Positions 39,400 to 54,500 of a DNA stretch of 64,000 nucleotides are shown here, one piece after another. Made by a program: the position numbers and the translations under genes. The stretch is from the NCBI RefSeq assembly GCF_963921235.1, contig NC_086118.1:12092001-12156000 (forward strand), given 5' to 3'. Within the stretch, counting starts at the first letter, position 1. Every line of letters starts with the position of its first letter. The notes below the pieces were generated by a model, which saw only the letters and a program-made list of their open reading frames with translations, ran no database searches and was not told the DNA's origin. Source of the stretch: Mobula hypostoma (Eukaryota).

Positions 39400-40500
39400 C
39401 TCCTACTGTGTTCCTATTGTGTAAAAGGATACCATACCTCAGGAAGACTTACTGCAAATGTCTCACTACAGAAGTTTCACTCGTTTGGCTTGAGTACACA
39501 CTGCCGCTGTCAACCCAGCCATCTCATCTGTAGTAGACAGAGGTGTCTCTGCCAGTCTCAATTGACTGCAACTGCACCAGGCTATATTTGCCTTACCGCA
39601 ACTTCTAACCTCCCTCCTCTTTGTCCTGTATATGGCATCATAAATCTTACTGAATTTCAATAATGCAGAGCCTCTGATACTCTGTGACAGTTTCATGTTA
39701 ATACTTTCATGAGCCAGTCTGGCAGGTTCCCTAAACAAGGAGACTACAATCTAGCAACAGCTAGTCTCCATAGTTCTTCATTGGCAGACCCATACAGTAG
39801 GATATAGAGAGAGTGCGGACAAGTGGTACAGCTATAGTACCACGTAGGCCAGATAACAACAAACCCTCCATGGCTTTGGTTCAGGCCAAGGATCCCATTT
39901 CAGAAGGGATACCATTGACAGCCAGTGATAGGCCTGTTGACTACATACCCAGTAAGTACCATTAATGAGATTTGGAGTGTCACCGGTTATAGAAGCATTG
40001 CATGTACCATTACCTTAAGTCTAGTTCCATCTGTTTATGGTGACAGAAACATAGTTCACCCTATCCGCATGAAGCAGCGTCAGGGTGGGGTGTGGGGGCG
40101 TGGGTCATGCAATCATTGAAAGTTGGTTGATACTAGCCTTCACATCAGTTCCATTATGAAGAATCATTCCTATGGGCAGTGCAGTCCCATGTTAATTTTG
40201 TTATCAAAGTAAAACAGAGAATCAAACACATTATGATCCAAGGGTATAAAAGGATTGACAACCCACCTTTTGAATGTATATACACTCTCTAGTGCACACC
40301 CACCAACCTGAGTGGTTGGTGCTCACTGCATATTCATAACTAAGGCGAAGAAAAGTGTTAGGAGTGTTAGTGTGGTGAGGTACTTCCACATTTAGGCAGA
40401 AATAGATGTCCAGATTACCCAAAATGTATAATGCATAGTGATTACTTATGGTGGCAAATAAGAAAGATGAGGAGTTCCATCCATCGATACGTATCAACAA
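39400..40500 (-). pseudogene. env: Retroviral env remnant
   Basis: NTFLRLSYEYAVSTNHSGWWVC (40294-40359) resembles the N.F..L....A...N.S.CWVC SU motif; furin-type RTKRR (~39613-39627); position between integrase and the 3' LTR. Confidence 0.55.
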
Positions 40501-40559
40501 AGTTCTTCTGGCCACCGGTTCTGTAATCCAGTGGCAACACTGGCTTCAGATGTGAGGCA

Positions 40560-41000
40560 CACACCAATGTCAACATGCAACCTGCTTTCACTCAAAATAT
40601 GGATGTCTGGCTGCTAACACTACAATGATTTCAGCGACTGGTATAACTTCACACATAAAGTGAAGGCCATTATCACTTGAGATTTTCTTGGGACCCCAAA
40701 CCATAGAATAAAAAATTATCAACGGTTACAACGTTATTTCTCTGAGTTGGCTAGGCTTTTACCCATGGAGCTATCAAACAAAATAGCAAGTGCTTAAACA
40801 CGACCCACACATCTGAGTGACCTGAAGTCCATCTGGAAGCACACAAGTGAATTGCAGGGGGAGGGGAGGGCCCAGTGGTAGCAGATACCAGCAACTGTGT
40901 CTTTCGGGATTATGTCTCTGGCAAACCATACAGTTACTATTACCTTTCTTGATATGGTTGAGAATCTCTCGTATTCAATTATACCCATTGCACATTGTGT
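40560..41000 (-). pseudogene. pol: Retroviral integrase remnant
   Basis: FQMDF (QMDF at 40824-40835), PWVKA (cf. SKWVEA), WFGVPRK/SSDNGLHF (SDNG at 40666-40677); frameshifted. Confidence 0.85.
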
Positions 41001-41099
41001 GCTTTAGTCCATAAACTCCTTTCAGCCTCTGACGTATCATGCTGTAATTGGACTAGTTCACCAAAAGCATTTGGAAAATACTTGCCATCTGATCTACGT

Positions 41100-41690
41100 G
41101 GCCATAAAGATCTGCTGTTGCTCCCTTAGCAAAGGAGTCAGCTCGTTCGTTCCCTCTAGTTATTTCATCCTTCCTGTAAGTATGAGCCACATAGTTTATA
41201 ACAGCAATTGTAGTAAGTAATTGAAAAGCAGTAAAAAGGTTCATGGTTAAATTTACAGTGCTTTATCGGAGATCTGAAAAGGTGAAAAATCCATGTAATT
41301 TCCACAAATGTCACGTGCTATTCCTGAGGCATAACGGGGTTCGGTGCACCGGCTGCAAGAATGCAGGCTTTTGTTAAGCTAAAAAGGTTCAACTGCTTGA
41401 GCAGAACAGGAAGGAAGGTAGCTGTGTCGCCTCAGCTGCTATGACTTGCGCACATCGCATATCCACTAAAATCTGAAACGTCGACTATAGATGCTATAGT
41501 TTTTCTACAGATGCTGCCTTGCCTGCTGAGTTACTCCGCCATTTTGTGTGTGTTGCTTGGATTTCCAGGATCTGTAGAATTTCCCTTGTTTGTCACTAAA
41601 ATATCCCACTAGTTTTGTTTCAGTATCAAATCTAGAAGAAACGCCGTCAAATAAAAATTACACGCGGGTTTACCTCAGGTGGAATTTTAC
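41100..41690 (-). pseudogene. pol: Retroviral RNase H remnant
   Basis: FLFDGVSS..LVGY, SAQAVE/LFSLTKACILAAG, RYASGIA, WKLHGFFT and VAHT..ITRGNERADSFAK occur in canonical class I RNase H order. Confidence 0.9.
41473..41593 (+). mobile_element. PLE terminal fragment inserted in RNase H, 9-bp TSD
   Basis: ctgaaacgtcgact..gatgctgccttgcctgctgagttactcc; direct repeat cactaaaat at 41464-41472 and 41594-41602. Confidence 0.75.
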
Positions 41691-41705
41691 AGCTGGCAGA
41701 ATTAA

Positions 41706-44610
41706 AATAGAACATAGAACATAGAATAGTACAGCACAGTACAGGCCCTTCGGCCCACAATGTTGTGCCGACCCTCAAACCCTGCCTCCCATATAAGCCC
41801 CCACCTTAAATTCCTCCATATACCTGTCTAGTAGTCTCTTAAACTTCACTAGTGTATCTGCCTCCACCACTGACTCAGGCAGTGCATTCCACGTACCAAC
41901 CACTCTCTGAGTAAAAAACCTTCCTCTAATATCCCCCTTGAACTTCCCATCCCTTACCTTAAAGCCATGTCCTCTTGTATTGAGCAGTGGTGCCCTGGGG
42001 AAAAGGCGCTGGCTATCCACTCTATCTATTCCTCTTATTATCTTGTACAACTCTATCATGTCTCCTCTCATCCTCCTTCTCTCCAAAGAGTAAAGCCCTA
42101 GCTCCCTTAATCTCTGATCATAATGCATACTTTCTAAACCAGGCAGCATCCTGGTAAATCTCCTCTGTACCCTTTCCAATGCTTCCACATCCTTCCTATA
42201 GTGAGGTGACCAGTACTGGACACAATACTCCAAGTGTGGCCTAACCAGCGTTTTATAGAGCTGCATCATTACATTGCGACTCTTAAACTCTATCCCTCGA
42301 CTTATGAAAGCTAACACCCCATAAGCTTTCTTAACTACCCTATCCACCTGTGAGGTAACTTTCAGGGATCTGTGGACACATACCCCAAGATCCCTCTGCT
42401 CCTCCCCACTACCAAGTATCCTCCATTTACTTTGTACTCTGCCTTGGAGTTCATCCTTCCAAAGTGTACCACCTCACACTTCTCCGGGATGAACTCCATC
42501 TGCCACTTCTCAGCCCACTTCTGCATCCTATCGATGTCTCTCTGCAATCTTTGACAATCCTCTACACTATCTACAACACCACCAACCTTTGTGTCGTCTG
42601 CAAACTTGCCAACCCACCCTCCTACCCCCACATCCAGGTCGTTAATAAAAATCACGAAAAGTAGAGGTCCCAGAACAGATCCTTGTGGGACACCACTAGT
42701 CACAACCCTCCAATCTGAATGTACTCCCTCCACCACCACCCTCTGCCTTCTGCAGGCAAGCCAATTCTAAATCCACCTGGCCAAACTTCCCTGGATCCCA
42801 TGCCTTCTAACCTTCTGAATAAGTCTACCATGTGGAACCTTGTCAAATGCCTTACTAAAATCCATATAGATCTCATCCACTGCACTACCCTCATCTATAT
42901 GCCTGGTCACCTCCTCAAAGAACTCTATCAGGCTTGTTAGACAGGATCTGCCCTTCACAAAGCCATGTTGACTGTCCCTGATCAGACCATGATTCTCTAA
43001 ATGTCTATAGATCCTATCTCTAAGAATATTTTCCAACAGCTTTCCCACCACCGACGTAAGGCTCACTGGTGTCTATAATTACCCGGACTATCCCTACTAC
43101 CTTTTCTGAACAAAGAGACAACATTCGCCTCCCTCCAATCTTCCAGTACCATTCCCGTGGACAACGAGGACATAAAGATCCTAGCCAGAGGCTCAGCAAT
43201 CTCTTCTCTCGCCTCGTGGAGCAGCCTGGGGAATATTCCGTCAGGTCCCGGGGACTTATCTGTCTTAATGTATTTTAACAACTCCAACACCTCCTCTCCC
43301 TTAATATCAACATGCTCCAAAACATCAACCTCACTCATATTGTCCTCACCATCATCAAGTTCCCTCTCATTGGTGAATACCGAAGAGAAGAATTCATTGA
43401 GGACCTCGCTCACTTCCACAGCCTTCAACACATCTTCCCACCTTTATCTCTAATTGGTCCTACCTTCACTCCTGTCATCCTTTTGTTCTTCACATAATTG
43501 AAGAATGCCTTGGGGTTTTCCTTTACCCTACTCACCAAGGCCTTCTCATGCCCCCTTCTTGCTCTTCTCAGCCCCTTCTTAAGCTCCTTTCTTGCTTCCC
43601 TATATTCCTCAATAGACCCATCTGATCCTTGCTTCTTAAACCTCATGTATGCTGCCTTCTTCCACCTGACTAGATTTTCCACCTCACTTGTCACCCATGG
43701 TTCCTTCACCCTACCATTCTTTATCTTCTTCACCGGGACAAACTTATCCCTTACATCCGGCAAGAGATCTCGAAACATCGACCACATGTCCATAGTACAT
43801 TTCCCTGCAAAAACATCATCCCAATTCACACCCGCAAGTTCTAGCCTTATAGCCTTATAATTTGCCTTTCCCCAATTAAAAATTTTCCTGTCCTCTCTGA
43901 TTCTATCCTTTTCCATGATAACGCTAAAGGCCAGGGTGCGGTGGTCACTGTCCCCCAGATGCTCACCCACTGAGAGATCTGTGACCTGACCCGGTTCATT
44001 ACCTAGTACTAGATCTAGTATGGCATTACCCCTGGTTGGCCTGTCCACATACTGTTACAGGAATCCATCCTGGACACACTTAACAAACTCTGCCCCATCT
44101 AAACCCTTGGAACTAATCAGGTGCCAATCAATATTAGGGAAGTTAAAGTCACCCATGATAACAACCCTGTTATTTTTGCACCTTTCCACAATCTGCCTCC
44201 CAATCTGCTCCTCTGTATCTCTGCTGCTACCAGGGGGCCTATAGAATACCACCAGTAGAGTAACTGCTCCCTTCCTGTTCCTGACTTCCACCCATATTGA
44301 CTCAAAAGAGGATCCTGCTACATTACCCACCCTTTCTGTAGCTGTAATAGTATCCCTGACCAGTAATGCCACCCCTCCTCCCCTTTTTCCACCCTCTCTA
44401 TCCCTTTTAAAGCACTGAAATCCAGGAATATTGAGAATCCATTCCTGCCCTGGTGCCAGCCAAGTCTCTGTAATGGCCACTACATCATAATTCCATGTAT
44501 GTATCCAAGCTCTCACTTCATCACCTTTGCTCCTGATGCTTCTTGCATTGAGGTACACACATTTCAGCCCTTCTACCTTACTGTCCTTACACCATTTATT
44601 CTACTCCTCT
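41706..44610 (-). mobile_element. CR1-clade LINE, 5'-truncated, near-complete ORF2 (APE endonuclease plus RT) with a few stops and frameshifts
   Basis: YLNARS, VVAITETW, GGGVAL, GDFN, ILDLV, SDH; GNYR, QHGF, DFSKAFD, SGVPQGSVLGPLLF, KFADD, RPHLEYCVQYWSP, FFTQRVV; 3' (TTCTATG)n tail at 41706-41727. Confidence 0.95.
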
Positions 44611-45590
44611 TTCCTACAAATGCTACAAATTCTGAAAAACAGTTTGGAAACAGATTCTTTAAAGTAAACTGCGTAGTTATGTTACTGCTGGCAGTGGAGG
44701 TGGAGACTGTTATCAAAGTTGCCTTGACGGAGGGCATCTTCGAGCCCAGTGGCAAAGCTGTCTGCAAACAAAACTGTACCCCTCGCAGACATCCCCATGC
44801 TTACCCCGAACTTGTCCGCCGTCCCATTCCCATGTTTGTTGAAACAAAAATGAATCCCATACATTTAAATATTTTATATAACAAACTACGCTGTTCAAAG
44901 CAAATATTACTAATTACAAAAGGGTCGCATTAGGCATATGTGCATAAAACAGGCAATGTTGGACCCAAGATTTACACTGAAATTTTAAACAGAAGTTAAT
45001 CTGGTAATGACTAGCCAAAGTTTAGTTACTGTCAATTTGGTGAATATGACGCTATAACATTCAAACTATATAGGGCAGCTATCACAATACTTTTAAAGTA
45101 ACTTACAGTATTCCCCAGAGGCTATAGTAGAGCAGTCGGGGAAGTCTCACACATGCATTATCCCCATTCCCCGAACTGCTTTAGATCCATTGATATTGTG
45201 AATGCTTTTGGCAATATTGGCAAACACTCCTAATTTTACGTAACTCTCATCTCACATAAGTAACAATATATATCTTTTTCCTTTTATGTAGGTAGTAACT
45301 TACTTATACACACATTTACTAAGACGGAGTCTTCAGTTGTAGAGTTAATCGGGATACCTTTGAAAGTATTTACGCACGCATTCTACAAATGTTCATTAAC
45401 ATCTTCTCCTGCCTGACACTTTTTTTTGTCAGTCTACAGTGTGAGGGAAACATTTTCTCCAGGCTCCAAATAAATCCGTTCAAAGTATATTTACATCAAC
45501 ATTTCGCTCATTCTACTGCACCTTCCCACATCCCCATCCCGCCTCCCGTGGTGCTATTAGCAACCGCCACCTGTGGCAGGGTACCAGCTC
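44610..45590 (-). pseudogene. Possible heavily deleted gag/pro/RT remnant of the ERV
   Basis: Weak matches only: KATLITVST..TQFTL (cf. RT connection LK.AL..AP.L..P...F.L) and KYCDSCPI (cf. protease C-terminal CP.NLLG); lies between the LTRs. Confidence 0.3.
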
Positions 45591-48500
45591 ACGCTTCTCG
45601 TGGGACTCCGTCCCAGACCACGGCAACACCTCGTCCAGGACTCCAACCAAAACCACGGCAACACCTCATCCGGGAGTCCAACCTCGACCCTGGCAACACC
45701 TCGTCTGGGACTCCAACCATGAGCACAGCAACACCTCATCCGGGACTCCAACCAAAACCACGGCAACACCTCATCCGGGAGTCCAACCTCGACCCTGGCA
45801 ACACCTCGTCTGGGACTCCAACCATGAGCACAGCAACACCTCATCCGGGACTCCAACCAGGACCCCGGCAACACCTCGTCCGGGACTCCAACCTGGACCC
45901 CGGCAACACCTCATCTGGGACTCCAACCCGGACCCCGGCAACACCTCATCTGGGACTCCAACCTGGACCCCGGCAACACCCCGTCTGGGACTCCAACCCG
46001 GACCCCGGCAACACCTCATCCAGGACTCCAACCATGAGCACAGTAACACCTCATCTGGGACTCCAACCTGGACCCCGGCAACACCTCGTCTGGGACTCCA
46101 ACCCGGACCCAGGCAACGCCTCGTCCGGGACTCCAACCGGGACCACGCAACACCCCGTCCGTGACTCCAACCTGGACCCTGGCAACACCTCGTCTGGGAC
46201 TCCGACCCGGACCCCGGCAACACCTCATCTGGGACTCTGACCCGGACCCCAGCAACACCTCATCTGGGACTCCAACCACGACCACGGCAACATCTCGTCC
46301 GGGACTCCAACCTGGACCCGGCAACATCTCATCCGGGACTCCAACCACAACCATGTCAACACCTCGTCCGCAACTCCAACCACAACCACGGCAACACCTC
46401 ATCCGGGATTCCAACCATGATCATGGCAACACCTCGTCCAGGACTCCAACCACAACCACGGCAACACCTCGTCCGGGACTGCAACCTGGACCCCAGCAAC
46501 ACCTCGTCTGCGACTCCAACCCGGACCCCGGCAACACCTCATCCGGGACTCCAACCTGGACCCCAGCAACACCTCATCTGGGACTCCAACCTGGACCCTG
46601 GCAACACCTCGTCCGGGACTCCAACCCGGACCCAGGCAATGCCTCGTCCGGGACTCCAACCGGGACCACGCAACACCTCGTCCGTGACTCCAACCTCGAC
46701 CCTGGCAACACCTCGTCTGGGACTCCGACCCGGACCCCGGCAACACCTCATCTGGGACTTCAACCACGACCACGGCAACATCTCATCCGGGACTCCAACC
46801 ATGACCACGGCAACATCTCATCCGGGACTCCAACCACAACCACGGCAACGCCTCGTCCAGGACTTCAACCACAACCACGGCAACACCTCAGCCGGGACTC
46901 CAACCTGGACCCGGCAACACCTCGTCCGGGACTCCAACCACAACCACGGCAACACCTCGTCCAGGACTCCAACCACAACCACGGCAACACCTCGTCCGGG
47001 ACTCCAACCTGGACCCCGGCAGCACCTCGTCCGGGACTCAAACCATGAGCACAGCAACGTCTCGTCCAGGACTCCAACCCGGACCACGCAACACCTCGTC
47101 CGTGACTCCAACCTGGACCCTGGCAACACCTCGTCTGGGACTCCGACCCGGACCCCGGCAACACCTCATCTGGGACTCCAACCACGACCACGGCAACATC
47201 TCATCCGGGACTCCAACCATGATCACGGCAACACCTCGTCCGAGATTCCAACCACGATCATGGCAACACCTCGTCCGGGACTCCAACCACAACCACGGCA
47301 ACACCTCGTCCGGGACTCCAACCATGAGCACAGCAGTACTTCATCCGGGACTCCAACCTGGACCCCGGCAACACCTCGTCCGGGACTCCAACCCAGTCCC
47401 CGGCAACGCCTTGGCCGGGACTCCAATCATGAGCACGGCAACACTTCATCTGGGACTCCAACCCGGACCCCGGCAACACCTCGTCCGGGACTCCAACCGA
47501 GACCCCGGCAACGCCTCGTCCGGGACTCCAACCCGGACCCCGGCAACGCCTCGTCCGGGACTGCAACCCGGACCCCGGCAACGCCTCGTACGGGACTCCA
47601 ACCCGGACCCCGACAACATCTCGTCTGGGACTCCAACCATGAGCACAGCAACACCTCATCCAGGACTCCAACCAGGACCCCAGCAACACCTCGTCCGGGA
47701 CTCCAACCCGGACCCCGGCAACACCTCACCCGGGACTCCAACCTGGACCCCAGCAACACCTCGTACGGGACTCCAACCCGGACCCCGACAACATCTCGTC
47801 TGGGACTCCAACCATGAGCACAGCAACACCTCATCCAGGACTCCAACCAGGACCCCAGCAACACCTCGTCCGGGACTCCAACCCGGACCCCGGCAACACC
47901 TCACCCGGGACTCCAACCTGGACCCCAGCAACACCTCGTCTGGGACTCCAACCCGGACCCCGGCAACACCTCATCCGGGACTCCAACCATGAGCACAGTA
48001 ACACCTCATCTGGGACTCCAACCTGGACCCTGGCAACACCTCGTCCGGGACTCCAACCCGGACCCAGGCAATGCCTCGTCCGGGACTCCAACCGGGACCA
48101 CGCAACACCTCGTCCGTGACTCCAACCTGGACCCTGGCAACACCTTGTCTGGGACTCCGACCCGGACCCTGGCAACACCTCATCTGGGACTCCAACCATG
48201 ACCACGGCAACATCTCATCCGGGACTCCAACCATGACCACGGCAACATCTCATCCGGGACTCCAACCACAACCATGTCAACACCTCGTCCGCAACTCCAA
48301 CCACAACCACGGCAACACCTCATCCGGGATTCCAACCATGATCATGGCAACACCTCGTCCGGGACTCCAACCACAACCACGGCAACACCTCGTCCAGGAC
48401 TACAACCACAACCACGGCAACACCTCGTCCGGGACTCCAACCTGGACCCGGCAACACCTCGTCCAGGATTCCAACCACAACCACGGCAACACCTCGTCCA

Positions 48501-51500
48501 GGACTCCAACCACAACCACGGCAACACCTCGTCCAGGACTCCAACCACAACCACGGCAACACCTCGTCCGGGACTCCAACCTGGACCCCGGCAACACCTC
48601 GTCCGGGACTCCAACCATGAGCGCAGCAACGCCTCGTCCGGGACTCCAACCCGGACCCCGGCAACACCTCGTCCGGGACTCCAACCACAACCACGGCAAC
48701 ACCTCGTCCGGGACTCCAACCTGGACCCCGGCAACAGCTCGTCCGGGACTCCAAACACGACCACGGCAACATCTCATCCGGGACTCCAACCATGACCACG
48801 GCAACATCTCATCTGGGACTCCAACCACAACCATGTCAACACCTCGTCCGTAACTCCAACCACAACCACGGCAACACCTCGTCCGGGACTCCAACCATGA
48901 CCACGGCAACATTTCATCCGGGACTCCAACCACAACCACGTCAACACCTCGTCCGGGACTCCAACCACAACCACGGCAACACCTCGTCCGGGACTCCAAC
49001 CACGATCATGGCAACACCTCGTCCGGGACTGCAACCATAAGCACGTCAACACCTCATCTGGGACCCCAACCATAAACACATCAACACCTCGTCCGGGACT
49101 CCAACCCGGACCCCGACAACGCCTTGGCCGGGACTCCAATCCTGAGCACGGCAACACCTCATCTGGGACTCCAACCCGGACCCTGGCAACACTTCGTCTG
49201 GGACTCCAACCCGGACCCCGGCAACACCTCATCCGGTACTCCAACCACAACCACGGCAACACCTCGTCCCGTACTCCAACCACAACCACGGCAGCACCTC
49301 ATCCGGGACTCCAACCTGAACCCCGGCAACACCTCGTGTGGGACTCCAACATGGACCCCGGCAACACCTTGTCCGGGACTCCAACCACGACCATTGCAAC
49401 GCCTCGTCCGGGACTCCAACCACAGCCACGGCACATCTCATCCGGGACTCCAACCACAACCACGGCAACTCCTCGTCCGAGACTCCAACCTGGACCCCGG
49501 CAACACCTCATCCGGGACTCCAACCGAGACCCCGGCAACGCCTCGTCCGGGACTCCAACCGAGACCCCGGCAACGCCTCGTCCGGGACTCCAACCCGGAC
49601 CCCGGCAACGCCTCGTCCGGGACTGCAACCCGGACCCCGGCAACGCCTCGTACGGGACTCCAACCCGGACCCCGACAACATCTCGTCTGGGACTCCAACC
49701 ATGAGCACAGCAACACCTCATCCAGGACTCCAACCAGGACCCCAGCAACACCTCGTCCGGGACTCCAACCCGGACCCCGGCAACACCTCACCCGGGACTC
49801 CAACCTGGACCCCAGCAACACCTCGTACGGGACTCCAACCCGGACCCCGACAACATCTCGTCTGGGACTCCAACCATGAGCACAGCAACACCTCATCCAG
49901 GACTCCAACCAGGACCCCAGCAACACCTCGTCCGGGACTCCAACCCGGACCCCGGCAACACCTCACCCGGGACTCCAACCTGGACCCCAGCAACACCTCG
50001 TCTGGGACTCCAACCCGGACCCCGGCAACACCTCATCCGGGACTCCAACCATGAGCACAGTAACACCTCATCTGGGACTCCAACCTGGACCCTGGCAACA
50101 CCTCGTCCGGGACTCCAACCCGGACCCAGGCAATGCCTCGTCCGGGACTCCAACCGGGACCACGCAACACCTCGTCCGTGACTCCAACCTGGACCCTGGC
50201 AACACCTTGTCTGGGACTCCGACCCGGACCCTGGCAACACCTCATCTGGGACTCCAACCATGACCACGGCAACATCTCATCCGGGACTCCAACCATGACC
50301 ACGGCAACATCTCATCCGGGACTCCAACCACAACCATGTCAACACCTCGTCCGCAACTCCAACCACAACCACGGCAACACCTCATCCGGGATTCCAACCA
50401 TGATCATGGCAACACCTCGTCCGGGACTCCAACCACAACCACGGCAACACCTCGTCCAGGACTTCAACCACAACCACGGCAACACCTCGTCCGGGACTCC
50501 AACCTGGACCCGGCAACACCTCGTCCAGGATTCCAACCACAACCACGGCAACACCTCGTCCAGGACTCCAACCACAACCACGGCAACACCTCGTCCGGGA
50601 CTCCAACCTGGACCCCGGCAACACCTCGTCCGGGACTCCAACCATGAGCGCAGCAACGCCTCGTCCGGGACTCCAACCCGGACCCCGACAACACCTCGTC
50701 CGGGACTCCAACCGAGACCCTGGCAAAGCCTCGTCCGGGACTCCAACCTGGACCCGGCAACACCTCGTCCAGGATTCCAACCACAACCACGGCAACACCT
50801 CGTCCAGGACTCCAACCACAACCACGGCAACACCTCGTCCGGGACTCCAACCTGGACCCCGGCAACACCTCGTCCGGGACTCCAACCATGAGCGCAGCAA
50901 CGCCTCGTCCGGGACTCCAACCCGGACCCCGACAACACCTCGTCCGGGACTCCAACCGAGACCCTGGCAAAGCCTCGTCCGGGACTCCAACCCGGACCCC
51001 GGCAACACCTCGTCCAGGATTCCAACCTGGACCCCGGCAACACCTCATCTGGGACTCCAACCACAACCACGGCAACACCTCGTCCGGGACTCCAACCTGG
51101 ACCCCGGCAACAGCTCGTCCGGGACTCCAAACACGACCACGGCAACATCTCATCCGGGACTCCAACCATGACCACGGCAACATCTCATCTGGGACTCCAA
51201 CCACAACCATGTCAACACCTCGTCCGTAACTCCAACCACAACCACGGAAACACCTCGTCCGGGACTCTAACCATGACCACGGCAACATTTCATCCGGGAC
51301 TCCAACCACAACCACGTCAACACCTCGTCCGGGACTCCAACCACAACCATGTCAACACCTCGTCCGTAACTCCAACCACAACCACGGCAACACCTCGTCC
51401 GGGACTCCAACCATGACCACGGCAACATTTCATCCGGGACTCCAACCACAACCACGTCAACACCTCGTCCGGGACTCCAACCACAACCACGGCAACACCT

Positions 51501-54500
51501 CGTCCGGGACTGCAACCATAAGCACGTCAACACCTCATCTGGGACCCCAACCATAAACACATCAACACCTCGTCCGGGACTCCAACCCGGACCCCGACAA
51601 CGCCTTGGCCGGGACTCCAATCCTGAGCACGGCAACACCTCATCTGGGACTCCAACCCGGACCCTGGCAACACTTCGTCTGGGACTCCAACCCGGACCCC
51701 GGCAACACCTCATCCGGTACTCCAACCACAACCACGGCAACACCTCGTCCCGTACTCCAACCACAACCACGGCAGCACCTCATCCGGGACTCCAACCTGG
51801 ACCCCGGCAACACCTCGTGTGGGACTCCAACATGGACCCCGGCAACACCTTGTCCGGGACTCCAACCACGACCATTGCAACGCCTCGTCCGGGACTCCAA
51901 CCACAGCCACGGCACATCTCATCCGGGACTCCAACCACAACCACGGCAACTCCTCGTCCGAGACTCCAACCTGGACCCCGGCAACACCTCATCCGGGACT
52001 CCAACCCGGACCCCGGCAACACCTCGTCCAGGATTCCAACCACAACCACGGCAACACCTCGTCCAGGACTCCAACCACAACCATCGCAACGCCTCGTCCG
52101 GGACTCCAACCACAACCACGGCACATCTCGTCCGGGACTCCAACCACAACCACGGCAACTCCTCGTCCGAGACTCCAACCTGGACCCCGGCAACACCTCA
52201 TCCGGGACTCCAACCCGGACCACGCAACACCTCGTCCGTGACTCCAACCTGGACCCTGGCAACACCTCGTCTGGGACTCCGACCCGGCCCCAGCAGCACC
52301 TCATCTGGGACTCCAACCACGACCACGGCAACATCTCGTCCGGGACTCCAACCTGGACCCGGCAACACCTCGTCCAGGATTCCAACCACAACCACGGCAA
52401 CACCTCGTCCAGGACTCCAACCACAACCACGGCAACACCTCGTCCAGGACTCCAACCACAACCACGGCAACACCTCGTCCGGGTCTCCAACCTGGACCCC
52501 GGCAACACCTGGTCCGGGACTCCAACCATGAGCGCAGCAACGCCTCGTCCGGGACTCCAACCCGGACCCCGGCAACACCTCATCTGGGACTCCAACCACA
52601 ACCACGGCAACACCTCGTCCGGGACTCCAACCACAACCACGGCAACACCTCGTCCGGGACTCCAACCTGGACCCCGGCAACAGCTCGTCCGGGACTCCAA
52701 ACACGACCACGGCAACATCTCTTCCGGGACTCCAACCATGACCACGGCAACATCTCATCTGGGACTCCAACCACAACCATGTCAACACCTCGTCCGTAAC
52801 TCCAACCACAACCACGGAAACACCTCGTCCGGGACTCCAACCATGACCACGGCAACATTTCATCCGGGACTCCAACCACAACCACGTCAACACCTCGTCC
52901 GGGACTCCAACCACAACCACGGCAACACCTCGTCCGGGACTCCAACCACGATCATGGCAACACCTCGTCCGGGACTGCAACCATAAGCACGTCAACACCT
53001 CATCTGGGACCCCAACCATAAGCACATCAACACCTCGTCCGGGACTCCAACCCGGACCCCGACAACGCCTTGGCCGGGACTCCAATCCTGACCACGGCAA
53101 CACCTCATCTGGGACTCCAACCCGGACCCTGGCAACACTCCGTCTGGGACTCCAACCCGGACCCCGGCAACACCTCGTCCGGGACTCCAACCGAGACCCT
53201 GGCAAAGCCTCGTCCGGGACTCCAACCCGGACCCCGGCAACACCTCGTCCGGGACTCCAACCCGGACCCCGGCAACACTTCGTCTGGGACTCCAACCCGG
53301 ACCCCGGCAACACCTCATCTGGGACTCCAACCACAACCACGGCAACACCTCGTCCGGGACTCCAACCTGGACCCCGGCAACAGCTCGTCCGGGACTCCAA
53401 ACACGACCACGGCAACATCTCATCCGGGACTCCAACCATGACCACGGCAACATCTCATCTGGGACTCCAACCACAACCATGTCAACACCTCGTCCGTAAC
53501 TCCAACCACAACCACGGCAACACCTCGTCCGGGACTCCAACCATGACCACGGCAACATTTCATCCGGGACTCCAACCACAACCACGTCAACACCTCGTCC
53601 GGGACTCCAACCACAACCACGGCAACACCTCGTCCGGGACTCCAACCACGATCATGGCAACACCTCGTCCGGGACTGCAACCATAAGCACGTCAACACCT
53701 CATCTGGGACCCCAACCATAAACACATCAACACCTCGTCCGGGACTCCAACCCGGACCCCGACAACGCCTTGGCCGGGACTCCAATCCTGAGCACGGCAA
53801 CACCTCATCTGGGACTCCAACCCGGACCCTGGCAACACTTCGTCTGGGACTCCAACCCGGACCCCGGCAACACCTCATCCGGTACTCCAACCACAACCAC
53901 GGCAACACCTCATCCGGGACTCCAACCTGGACCCCGGCAACACCTCGTGTGGGACTCCAACATGGACCCCGGCAACACCTTGTCCGGGACTCCAACCACG
54001 ACCATTGCAACGCCTCGTCCGGGACTCCAACCACAACCACGGCACACCTCGTCCGGGACTCCAACCACAACCACGGCAACACCTCGTCCGGGACTCCAAC
54101 CACGATCATGGCAACACCTCGTCCGGGACTGCAACCATAAGCACGTCAACACCTCATCTGGGACCCCAACCATAAACACATCAACACCTCGTCCGGGACT
54201 CCAACCCGGACCCCGACAACGCCTTGGCCGGGACTCCAATCCTGAGCACGGCAACACCTCATCTGGGACTCCAACCCGGACCCTGGCAACACTTCGTCTG
54301 GGACTCCAACCCGGACCCCGGCAACACCTCATCCGGTACTCCAACCACAACCACGGCAACACCTCGTCCCGTACTCCAACCACAACCACGGCAGCACCTC
54401 ATCCGGGACTCCAACCTGGACCCCGGCAACACCTCGTGTGGGACTCCAACATGGACCCCGGCAACACCTTGTCCGGGACTCCAACCACGACCATCGCAAC

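Noticed and set aside
41775..44558. Active LINE or host reverse transcriptase gene
   Set aside because: ORF2 is split by stops (~44055, ~42767) and frameshifts (~43430, ~43065, ~42420), and ORF1 and the promoter are missing
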